Shown here: in pieces, positions 24,954-36,096 of the stretch
Numbering within the stretch: the stretch's first letter is position 1
Layout of the letters: each line of letters opens with the position of its first letter
From: Haliotis rubra
Taxonomy: Eukaryota
Length of the DNA stretch: 64,000 nucleotides
Direction of reading: 5' to 3'
Assembly (NCBI RefSeq): GCF_003918875.1
Contig: NW_025767509.1
Coordinates: 248,001-312,000, forward strand
Translations under genes and position numbers: made by a program
Notes under the pieces: generated by a model
What the model was told of the DNA's origin: nothing
What the model saw: only the letters and a program-made list of their open reading frames with translations
Database searches by the model: none

Positions 24954-26795
24954 TATTATTATTTTTCACATTGTTCGTCGTACCAGGATATAATCAGTGT
25001 CCAACCAGGATATAATCAGTGTCAAATACCTGCTTACAGATTCCTTAGGACGTATAGGACCAAATTCTGATTGGAACAATATGAACGGGTACCTGTCAGA
25101 ACACCTGCTGTCTGCCAACGCGTTACCATTTCCTGCTCTTCAGGTACTACCCACCACTCACACAATTTCCATTAAACAAACGCCAGTGGGTAGAACCACC
25201 CCGTAGCACATTTGGTAAATCACTCTGAATGTCTGCTACAATATGACTCGAACAGCAAAGGATTCAGTGTTAGGATGAAGGCTTTCTCACAGGCTTCACG
25301 GCCCTTTGAAGAAGAAATCTTTTAAGAAATCCTACGTTGACATTCCATCAAAGATCTGAATAGACTGACAATATGTGAAATATTATAACTATGGCAACCG
25401 AAAGTTATTATTCGAACATCAAACAAGGGTTCACAAAATATTGATTCAATGCAGAACGTGACTGGAATATTCATTGAATGCTTTGCAGCTACTTAGCGCC
25501 ATTTCGGCGGATTCAATTGAATCCACACATCAAACATCAAACACCATTTTACAAAGTACTAATTCAAGGGGGAACATATAAGAACAATTTATGGTGCATG
25601 TTCAATTAATGATTGTCATTTGGAATATGAATTATGGAATATGTAATTATGATTTGATAATATAAGGCGCGTGTTTATAAACGAATTGTGAATGAAATTC
25701 ATTAGATGAACACAGTGGTTTGGTTGGAAACTTAAGAAGTGAAATATTTTGATTCATTATCGTTTACTTGGAGACATATTATGAAAAAAATATGTACTAT
25801 CATACCACATCGTGTTGACTGAACTTGCTTCAAGGCCGCTTGTGAAGCTATCACAATGTGTTACCATGCTAGCTGCACTTGTGCCGCATGTTTCCGTGCG
25901 TTTTAGGTGTAACTTGATGTCACAGACATACGTAATGCTGAAGATCATACAGATGCAGAGCTCTTTCGGAATGGCTGACACTTAAATTGCAAAGCTATGA
26001 AGATTAAAGTTGGGATTAGCATCGTATAAGTGTTAGCCAAAAGTGAAGCCAGACTTATTGCTTAAGGGTAATTACCATTCCGTCAATGAGAGTCCCAGGT
26101 TGACGATGCCATCACATTTATCCAATGAATTACGAGGGTTAGCAATGACAGTTCCAATAGGCCCACAACGAATGTGATCTCTTAGCTGCCAAAGCCTTGT
26201 ATTTATGAATATATGATGCGTAACGCTGAAGTCGTCAAATCATACAGCAATATACCAGTGGCGTTTAATTAACAGTCTTCTCATCACCCACGCTTCATAT
26301 GAGAAACCAAACCTCCATCGGTTGTGCAAGAAACTAGATTTACTGACAGTGGTCTCAATCTCTTGTGACAGGTCCTCATTAAAATGCATTGCGTAACCAC
26401 AACGATGTTCCTCAGTATCCCCGTGGCGTTTCATTACTGTCTCTTTGTCAGTGTTGATGTATCCACCAGCATGTAGGTGCTGACACCAACCGTCCTTCCA
26501 ATGGCTCTAACGAGACGCTTGACGTCTTCTGCATAAGCGCTCACGAATAATATTTTAATCACGTAGATGTCGATACATTTCCACTTACAATTCTCAAAAT
26601 GAGTGTTTTTTGTTGGTTTTCTTGTTTTTATATTTTGTTTCAAACTATTTTACTGTAAATGCTCAAAAATAAAACACGAAATATTTATTGAAATCAGAGC
26701 ATTGGCCAAGCACATTAGGTATGAATAAAACATTACGTTTAAGATTCCGAGAAAAATAGTAATTGTGTCATGTGATGTCTGGTCCCTCACTTGAT

Positions 26796-27020
26796 GACCC
26801 ATGAAGATCCGGGTTAGAATTGATTTTCAGTAACCCATGCTTGTCGTAAGTGGCAGCTAACGGGATCGGGTGGTCAGGCTCGCTGACTTGGTTGACACAT
26901 GTAATTATATCCCAATTGCATAGACAGATGCTCCTGATGAAGATCACTGGATTGTCTGGTCCAGACTCGATTATTTTCAGACCGCCGCCATACAGCTGGA
27001 AAACAACAAATTAACCAACC
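26796..27020 (+). mobile_element. SINE family A
   Basis: Family match; TSD tcacttgat. Confidence 0.88.
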
Positions 27021-27419
27021 ATCACTTGATTGTCTGGCTTTTGTTTGTGTGACAGGGTTACTTTTGGGCCGCGTTAAATGATTGAGTACGGTCTTGCGAA
27101 GCTTTTAGCAATAATCCAGCAATATCACGGCGGGGGACACAAGACCTGGGCTTTACACATTGTACGCATGTGGAGAGTCTTCAGCGTGACGAGCTGACGC
27201 TCTGAACATAAGGCTATCTAACCTCCCCTGCTGCGTCGGACAACCAACTTTCAGTAGGGTTTTTCAAGGCAAATAGGTTATATGGTTGTATCTAATGGTA
27301 GGGCAGGACATGCTTCCCATTTTAACGGAACACCTGGTGTCATCATTGATTTTTAAGGATTTGTTTTCAACACTATTCTTTGAACGTCAACACAAGAAAA
27401 TAAAAACATATTAAGTTGA

Positions 27420-28285
27420 TTGAAGTCAGATTCTAACCCAGACCACCACGTGTGGAGAGAAGCATGAGCTGCAGAAGACAAATTCTCACCCAGATCTTTT
27501 CGGGGACAGACAAACTTGGAAAGTAAAAGTCACAATTTGATCCATATGTTCACGTGGGGAGATAATCAAAGTCAAATTCTACCCGTGGAGAGACACGTTT
27601 GGGCTTCTCAAGGCTACTTTTAAAACTGACTTTCATGCAGGGAGTCAAGATTAGGATGATAAAATTGAATTCTAACCCAGATCGTAATGGGTGAGAGACA
27701 GTGTAGGGCTGCTGCCAATTTCAACACCAATCTTCACGGAGGAGGAAAATCCATGGATTTCTGAAGTCCAGTTCTCAGCCAGAACTTCACGTGCAGAGAT
27801 GACAAGACTTTATGGATGATCAACTTCTTTGTTTTGACAATGGGGCCGTTTCGGTATAGATTCTGATACTGTTTTCAAGCATATGCCAAACTAAAGAAGT
27901 TGATCATCCATAAAGTCTTGTCATCTGTATACCACCAACTTCTAGAATGCCACTCAAACATATGCTTGAAAGCGATATACGAATCTATACCGAAACGTCG
28001 CCATTGTCACAATAAAGAAGTTGATCACCCATACAGTCTTGTCATCTCTATACCACCAACTTCTTGAATGCCACACAGCAAATCAGAGCTTTACGTGGGC
28101 AGACAAGTATTTGCATCTGAATACGATTTCTAACCCATGCCTTCACGGGGAGAGACAGACTTGGGTTGTTAAAAACCAGTTCCGGCCAAGGTCTTCATGG
28201 GGGAGACACGCTTAGGCTGTTAAGGACGAGTTCCAACCGAGATCTTTACGTGGGAAAGAAGCATGGCCTGCTGAAGCGCAAGTCT
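27420..28285 (-). repeat. Degenerate tandem array (about 50-55-bp unit) derived from the SINE-A head
   Basis: Recurrent aattctaacccagatcttcacgtggggagacaagcatgggctgctgaag, the reverse complement of the SINE-A 5' end. Confidence 0.75.
27798..28075. mobile_element. Penelope-like terminal repeat remnant (inverted plus direct arrangement)
   Basis: 27798-27885 is inverted relative to 27960-28050; 27892-27953 directly repeats 28014-28073; contains ccgaaacgtcg..aataaa. Confidence 0.55.
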
Positions 28286-29543
28286 ATCCAGGATCTTCAA
28301 GGGTACTTTGTGATCACTCTAAGCATGAAGCCAGTGTTTGGTAACGGAACATTTAGTGCGCCCTCCCTCGGGTCCCGCTTCTTGGTAACTGTGGAAACCG
28401 CGACTTCTTGATCAGAGTCCTTTTATCATTTGAAAATAACACCTTGATTTGTACTTTCAATTCAGGTTTAATCCTGCGTTAAACGTCGAAGGAATTGGTT
28501 GCATTGCTGTATTTATTAGCCATTGAGATGGAGGTGTTGGTTGTATCATGTAATTGAGGATGCGTTTGCCATCCACGTTTTTGCCTTTTATGCCAGCCGA
28601 ATGTGGAATAGATACCCAAGACTGATTATTCTCTGGCGTTAGTGTGTTACAAACTTGCAGAACTCCTCTCGATGCTTCGGGCGAATGATATTTTATTCCA
28701 ATCTATTACCGTTTGCAGTTGATTTTTTGCATTTCACCTAATAGATTTGTCTGAAAAATATGCCTTTATTACATTACTGAAAACATGTTCAAGTGTTTAT
28801 TAACACAGGCGATAGCTCGAGGCGGTTAACTGAAAATACTTGACCATTTCTGGCTTCAAAGAATTTTTCTTGTGACATTTGCGCATTTATAACCTTCCGT
28901 GGTGCCTTCTTTTGTTATTAGTACTTGGGGACTTGTTTGATCAGCAGTAAAGTCTTGCCAATTATCGTGCATATCTACGGCACTGAGAATATGACCATTC
29001 GATTTTAAACTTTTCCTTAAAGCTCTTCTTGAGAGGAGAGAGTCGATTTGGATTTAAATAGTGTCACGACAAGGATGCGAAAATAGCTGGAATATTGCTT
29101 GTGTGTGTGTTTGTGTGTGAGTTTGTGTTTGTGCTTGTGCGCGTGCGTGTGTGCGTGCGTGCGTGCGTGTGTGATTACCCGACAAAAACAAAGGCTATCA
29201 GAGAGTTAGTGATAAGGATGGTGGTTGTATGGAATCGTAGGATAGCCACAAACGATAATTTCCATTGCCATGGTATTTCAACAAAATGTTTCTTCACTTC
29301 AGGTAATTGGAACCATCCATTTAGGGATTTGAACCCGTGCACTCGGCAGGAAGAGCGAACGCTTTAAGCCTTTGGGCAACACCAGGACCACCTAGATAGT
29401 ATAGAATAATCGTCAAGTAACATTTATAAATCGTCTAGTCCGAGCACGTGCATAGTGCTGACTAGCCAAAATATCGACCAACGTTTCTGGTTTCCACTTC
29501 ACTTCACTTCATTCATTATGTCCACTTGTGTGTCCGAACTGTG

Positions 29544-29787
29544 TGAGTGAGTAAGTTGAGTTTTACGCCGCTCTCAGCAATATTCCAGCTATATGACGGC
29601 GGTCTGTAAATAATCGAGTCTGGATCAGACAATTCAGTGATCAAAAGCATGAGCATCGATCCACGAAATTGGGATACAATGACATGTGTGAACCAAGTCA
29701 GCGAGCCTGACCACCCGATTCCGTTAGTTGCCTCTTATGACAAGTATGGGTTGATGAAAATCAATTCTAATCCGGATCCTCACGGGT
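29544..29787 (-). mobile_element. SINE family A
   Basis: Family match; 13-bp TSD tgtccgaactgtg. Confidence 0.92.
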
Positions 29788-30591
29788 CTGTCCGAACTGT
29801 GCTGTTTAAGATACCGAATGTAGCTTTAGATGTTGGTCTTAGAATACAACGTGGGATGTGTAATGTTTTGTCAAGACCCGCTTTGGGTGCCGCATCTCTC
29901 AGTTCCTCGCCAACAAAGGACAATGTCACATTGGTCTGTAGAAATAATGTAACATAGTCATGTTTAAGACTAACGATGGATGGCTTGTGGCAAGATTTAT
30001 AATTGTCTGATAACATGATATGAAGCACTTTTGCTTTGTCTATCGTTGTTTGATATAAACAACCTGTAAAAATAGGCTTTCCCTCTGGCGGGAAAATTAA
30101 GCGCCTGTCTGGAATTCTTGAAAAAAGTCCCCAAAGTTTTGGGAACAAAGAAAGCATCGTCCTGAGGCAAGAGTCTTCATCAGTTCATAACTAAGTTTGG
30201 TTTTCAACTTTGCCGTTTGAAGCCGACGTTTCTGTGGTTAGAGTACAAAACATTACTAAGTCAACATCTGGGTTTCAAAAGCAAAGCCGTTAAGTGACCA
30301 ATTTACTATAGTTACCAATATATTCAAACAATTTAACGAAGAATCATGTCTTCCAAAGTTATTCCATTTATCCACAAAATTTCAACCACCTTTCTCAAGA
30401 CTCGATTATTTACAGACTACCGTCATGTAGCTTAAATATTGCCGTTAAGCATAAAACAACCCAACCAAACCAATGTCTGGCATTCTTAGTGTAAATGACT
30501 CAACTTTCTATTATCCGATCAGTACTATATTTATGTATTGGATGTATTGCCTGGTAACTGTGAAGATCCGGGTTAGATTTGTTCTTCAGGA

Positions 30592-30915
30592 GTGAGTCAG
30601 TTAAGATTTTAAGTCACATGGGCAATATCATGACTTAAAACAAGTTATAATTTCATAATAAATCATGGAAAATTATATAAACCTGTCGGCAAAGGACAGT
30701 AAAATAACTAGAATATAACATATAATTGTAAAACTAGTGTGAAAATCTAAAATATCTTATCAATGAAAGACAGTACAATATAAAAAAAAACGGGCTGTAG
30801 ATAGCCAAGAACTGAAGGTAGATCACCATACCAGGGACCATGGGGACTTACAGTACATTTGCTTCCTGCATGGAGCCTAGCTGGATTTACATCATCCTTC
30901 AGCCGTTGGCAATTG
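30592..30915 (-). mobile_element. 3' UTR fragment of the I/Nimb-type LINE, inserted in a SINE-A (30556-31160)
   Basis: Similar to 57697-57950; TSD tgttcttcagga splits the SINE-A head. Confidence 0.8.
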
Positions 30916-31527
30916 TGTTCTTCAGGAACCTATGCTTGTCGAAATAGGCGACTGACGAGATCGGGTGATCTGGTTCGCTGGCTTGGTTGACAGATGTCAT
31001 CGTATCCAAATTGTGTAGTTGATTATAATGACATACCACATGCTATTCCAGGTAGCAATATAGACGTATTACAATTGTTTGGACGGATGCTCGTGGTGAC
31101 AATCAATGAATTGACTAGTCCTGACTCGATTATTCATAGACCACCCGAAATCTGAGTGTTCAACAACACACACGTCTTTACATACGTCCACAAACGATAT
31201 GTTCCATCGCCCTGTTATTTCAACAGAACGTTCCTTGGCAAGAGGAACGCTGAATCAATCCGCATTCGTAACAGGCTATATAGATCTGGCCTCGCTATGT
31301 CAGAAATTCCGATGTGATGAATTAGATTTCGCGTCGGAAATAATTCGTGCGGATGTTCCCTTGTCACTCAGGGATATACACGTCAGTCGTTGAAAAGAAC
31401 AGTGACATGATTGACACCCGACAGTGTACACAACATGTCAAGCCGTCGCATCACTGACAAACGTGCCCGATGCAATTCCCCATATTGATTTGTACCCATT
31501 AATATTCCTGCGTTCATAGTGTTGGGT

Positions 31528-31769
31528 GACCCGTGAAGATCCGGGTTAGAATATTGATCTTCAGTAACCCATGCTTGTCGTAAGAGGCGACTAACGGGAT
31601 CGGGTGGTCAGGCTCGCTGACTTGGTTGACACGTCATCGGTTCCCAATTGCGCAGATCGATGCTCATGCCGTTGATCACTGGATTGTCTGGTCCAGACTC
31701 AATTATTTACAGACCGCCGCCAATATGGAATATTGTTGAGTGCAGCGTAAATCTAAGTTCACTCACTTA
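31528..31769 (+). mobile_element. SINE family A, young full-length reference copy
   Basis: TSD tagtgttgggtg; complete head, body and tail. Confidence 0.95.
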
Positions 31770-32169
31770 CTAGTGTTGGGTGCTTTGGGTTTTTATTGTT
31801 TGTTTGTTTTTTTATTTATATATGGGTGTCCATGGGAGTTGTGGTGGGGGTTTTGGAGTAGGGGGAGGCAGTGGGGTGGTGGTGTGTGTACTGGTTTACT
31901 TTTGTTGTTTCATTGTTGTTGGTTTTCTTTTAGAGAATGTAATACAATTATATTATTATCATGTTTTGGAGCGCAGGGGCTATTTTTTTCTTTTCAATTG
32001 AAACATTGTCAAGCCTTTGCATGTGTTTCTGACGGGTGCCAAACGTGGGGCGGTATACATTCATCTATGCGCGAACAATACTGAAGTTGCAAAACAAGTA
32101 TATAACATACACGGTTGTATAGAGCCGATGGATGTAACGAGATGCCACGGCTACTTGCTGTGTATTTGA

Positions 32170-32320
32170 NNNNNNNNNNNNNNNNNNNNNNNNNNNNNNN
32201 NNNNNNNNNNNNNNNNNNNNNNNNNNNNNNNNNNNNNNNNNNNNNNNNNNNNNNNNNNNNNNNNNNNNNNNNNNNNNNNNNNNNNNNNNNNNNNNNNNNN
32301 NNNNNNNNNNNNNNNNNNNN
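32170..32320. other. Assembly gap (N run)
   Basis: Run of N. Confidence 1.
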
Positions 32321-32367
32321 TATGATCCAAATGGCTAATACTTTCCTTAGATTGTCCTTGATGTTTA

Positions 32368-32483
32368 ATGACTGACTGACTGAATTTGGTTTTACGCCGC
32401 TTTTAGCAATATTCCAGCAATATCACGGCAGGGGACAGCAGAAATGGGTTTCACACATTGTACCCATATTGGGCCTTCGGTGT

Positions 32484-32517
<34 letters not shown>
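32368..32517 (-). mobile_element. SINE family B partial plus (CA)n microsatellite
   Basis: Family tail and body; (CA)n at 32485-32517. Confidence 0.85.
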
Positions 32518-32521
<4 letters not shown>

Positions 32522-32880
32522 GAGAGAGCCTCAGTTACAAGGAACTACACTCGGTTAGGAAGAGCATTTTATGGATGCCAACTCCTTTATTATGAGAAAG
32601 AAAACGTTTCGGAGTATGCACTATACACTTACTCCTTCATCAGGTAAAGTTAAGATATTTCAGAAACATTGCGTTCCATATAATAAAGACGTTGACATCC
32701 ACAGAAATTATCTTCCTTGTATCACTTCTAAATGCCATTCAAAGCCCTGCTAAAGTCAGTAGTATCTCTGAGTAGTCTTGTTACAACTGCTGTTTATTGT
32801 TTCATGACTCAACTTACAAAGTTTACTTGAACGTGTGAATTAAAAACATAAGTCTGTAATCCATTAGCACGGCCACGTCT

Positions 32881-33262
32881 TTGCCTGGCTATGGATATAA
32901 ACAATACAGATCGAGAATCGTCTACAAGATATCGATCGATTATCGACAAATATCGGAGCCGTATATTTGACTAAAACTGCAGCAAAATAAATGTAGGAAA
33001 GAAATGTATATATTTCACATCGGTGGTGAGTGGTTACATTGTTTATGCATGGACTGCTAACAAAAGTCCTGAGTCCTGAAGAAGAGCATGAGTAAAGTCA
33101 TAATTTGTATACTGTGTGACAAAATAATCCTTTTTTTTCTACAAATACATCGCAAAAGTTAACATACGATGTTATCGATAAAACAATATTCATATCGATA
33201 ATCCTTCAAAATCTTTCTCATCGCCAATATTTCCGATTATCCAATAGTTTATCCATCCCTAG
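32881..33262. mobile_element. hAT-like MITE, degraded left end
   Basis: Right end atccatcccta; subterminal atcgat/tatcg repeats; flanking cacgtct duplication. Confidence 0.5.
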
Positions 33263-33967
33263 TCACGTCTCCACGTTCTTCCTAATTCTTAGTCTGTACT
33301 GAGTACGTGAGATACATACATGTGTGAAGGCCTGACTTATTGACGGAACTTTCCTCGCCGACGTAGTCGCTGAACTAAGACAGCAGGTGCGCTATCGAAG
33401 GTACTTTCATTCCGTTACTTCACAGGGGGATTAGATCCTCAAATGGCTTTGTTTCACAACGGCTTAATTGCAGTGAACAGAGAACACTATGGGGCCTCGT
33501 CAAGAAGAATTTCAATGAAAGAACGAATTGTGACCAACACCGAGTTTGGCGCAACGGCGTGCATTATTTACGAAATGAGCCACAATTCCAGAAATCGATG
33601 TTTCTAAGTGGCGTTTCGTAAGCTGTTATATTGTAGAAGAAGGTTACAGGTACTGCCATTTCACGGGAACGACAGGTTGATTCCATGCGACAATTTTGTT
33701 TCCATTTTAGAAACCGTTGTTATGTTTTGGAGAAGCGTTCAAGTGAATTGACAGTTCGACATGAATGTTTCTGATTGCGCGGTGTAATAAATAACACTTG
33801 AATTAGAGTTGGCAAATGTTGAAGTTTTGAGTAAATTTTGTTCTCATTTTGAATTTGAGTAACTTCATCAACAGGGTTCCTTGTTGCTTGTTTGTCTGAG
33901 GCGCCGTAATTGGCTGTGAAAGAGTGCGTCTCTTGGGAAACACAGAAACCTCGGATAACCTCTGTGA

Positions 33968-34107
33968 TGACTGACTGAGTTTGGTTTCACGCCGCTTTTA
34001 GCACTATTCCAGCAACATCACGGCGTGGGACACCAGAAATGGGCTTCACACATTGTACCCATGTGGGATTCGAACGGCGTGACGAAACGCTTTAACCACT
34101 AGGATAG
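33968..34107 (-). mobile_element. SINE family B
   Basis: Family match; flanking cctctgtgatgac duplication. Confidence 0.88.
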
Positions 34108-34894
34108 CCTCTGTGATGACCTGTGTGCCCGGATAATGTTCTCCAAAGCGGTGTACGTTTGAAACATGCATCACCTGGGACGTTCTTCCTCACATTAAAC
34201 TCTCGGGGCGGTGGGTAGCATTGTACCCACATTGGGAATCGATCCCGGGCCTTCGTTGTGACATACCACCCCCACCCCCACCCCCCAGCCTCAGTTACAA
34301 CGAACTACCCAGGTAATTTTATGGATGCCCTTAGTTAGCCAACGTTAAACGTACACTAGGATGTGTGAAGCCCAATTTGCTGGAATATAGATGCCAGCTA
34401 ACTCTTTATTATGATGTTTAAAGGGCCCAGTGCATACAGGTTATACTGAGCCAAGGTTGTTACATGTTAGAAAGAACACGCTTTTTTACCAAGAAATACT
34501 CGTCATGTTGAAGACATTGGTAATAAATGATTAGCCCATACATGGGTACAATGTGTGAAGCCCATTTCTGGTGTCCCCCGACGGGATATTGTTGGAATAT
34601 TGCTAAAAGCGGCGTAAGACCATACTCACTCTCTCACCACTTCAAGCTCACACGACGTTATGTAACTGGAATACTGTAAAAAATGGCGTAAAACGTCACT
34701 CATACTGATTAATGACATTTGTTTGAATTAAAGTGTCTAAAACACTGTTTGTTGATTGGTTTACGCTGAACGCCTGGATCGTCATGCGTAGTAGCATAAA
34801 GTACAAACTTTATTGGGCGCCATTAGCTCAAAGTCAAACGTTTCGTTTATTCAAATGTACAACATATAGCCATACAACAGACTTCATATCACTG

Positions 34895-35390
34895 CAGAGC
34901 TCCAGATAAGATTTAGCTCATGTGGGTACTGTACCCACTGTATTTTTTTATGGAGTGGATATTATGAATGTTGAGTGGGTATTTCATTTTCCGTTCCCCA
35001 CTGCTTTCAAATATGTGCGTATTTCAGTCATTTTACTCACCTAAGTATTACATCATTAAGTAAGTTTACTAAGCAGGTATGTTCTGCCTTATGTCATACC
35101 TAATCAAAAACAACTTAAATATAATGGAAATGATTTCATAAAAAAATCACTCATCCTATACTGACAATACAACACTAGTCCTATACTAACAGTACAACTT
35201 GATAGCAATCGATGTCTTTTTCATTACGCAAGCGATTTTTATAAATATATTCCGTACGCATTTAGTTTTAAACTTTTTGCGTATCTAACATTTTAAATGC
35301 GTAATTGGTACGCAACAATTATTTTTCAATGCGTAATTGGAAATTTTCTCTGCGTATTTTACCCGGATACGCAGCTTATCTGGGCCTCTG
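34895..35390. mobile_element. hAT-like MITE
   Basis: TIRs cagagctccagataag and cttatctgggcctctg; 8-bp TSD tatcactg/tatcactc. Confidence 0.8.
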
Positions 35391-35851
35391 TATCACTCAT
35401 TATCACAGGCTGTACATTTTCATGACAATATTTCAAACGGGTCCTTATCGCACGTTTTCGGAAGGTTAACGAAATGGAATTCCATGATAAGTCATGCCAT
35501 TAATTCCGCTGACTTCATAGAAATTTGGTAAATCCAAGTCTAAGACGTCAACGTCAGCAAATGTTTAAGTGATAGTATTGCTATTCCCCATCTAATCCTC
35601 CGAAGAAACTCTTTTAGAAATCTTCGTAGCAGAAAATTTAGATGAATCATATATTTATGGATTTTACAGTTGATTTAACAAATTAATGTGAATTGTGATT
35701 CGTTTGTATTTGTTCACAGCCATGAGCTTAGCAATAAAGGAAAGCTCGACATGACTAGGAACTTTTCGTTCACCAGCCTCAGCAAAGCAAAGGACTTGGT
35801 GTTACTGAGAGTACCAAATCCTTCTGGAGACGCCACGTGTCAAGTCCTGTT

Positions 35852-36096
35852 AGTGAGTGAGTTTAGTTTACGCCGCACTCAGCAATATTCCAGCTATATG
35901 GCGGCGGTCTGTAAATAATCGAGTCTGGACCAGACAATCCAGTGATCAACAGCATGAGCATTGATCTGCGCAGTTGGGAACCGATGACATGTGTGAACAC
36001 AGTCAGCGAGCCTGACCACCCGATCCCGTTAGTCGCCTCTTACGACAAGCATGGGTTACTGAAGGCCAATATTCTAACCCGGACCTTCACGGGTCT
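35852..36096 (-). mobile_element. SINE family A, full length
   Basis: Family match. Confidence 0.93.

Larger units (their letters stand above)
22150..26600 (-). pseudogene. Decayed copy C: possible signal peptide, CUB, CTL, then LDLa-like remnants
   Basis: One frame 26434-25757 with few stops: HRCGY..AWVM..HWYIAV*FDDFSV..DHIR..DKCDG..LSNKSGFTF..FAI*VSA (CUB-like). HWRLFNGNCV and RSYCSNQN (25065-25190, CTL start). RCRDGECVS..TDQLC (about 22965-23072) and GSNCINVAACNMLRDMC (22815-22865), LDLa-like. Homologous to 14900-17200. Confidence 0.65.

Noticed and set aside
8560-26600. Endogenous viral element or large transposon as the explanation for the tandem unit
   Set aside because: No polymerase, integrase, transposase or terminal repeats seen; motifs fit cellular extracellular domains
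29780-30157. 125-aa minus-strand ORF
   Set aside because: No recognisable motif or splice context; could be a decayed gene but this is unsupported
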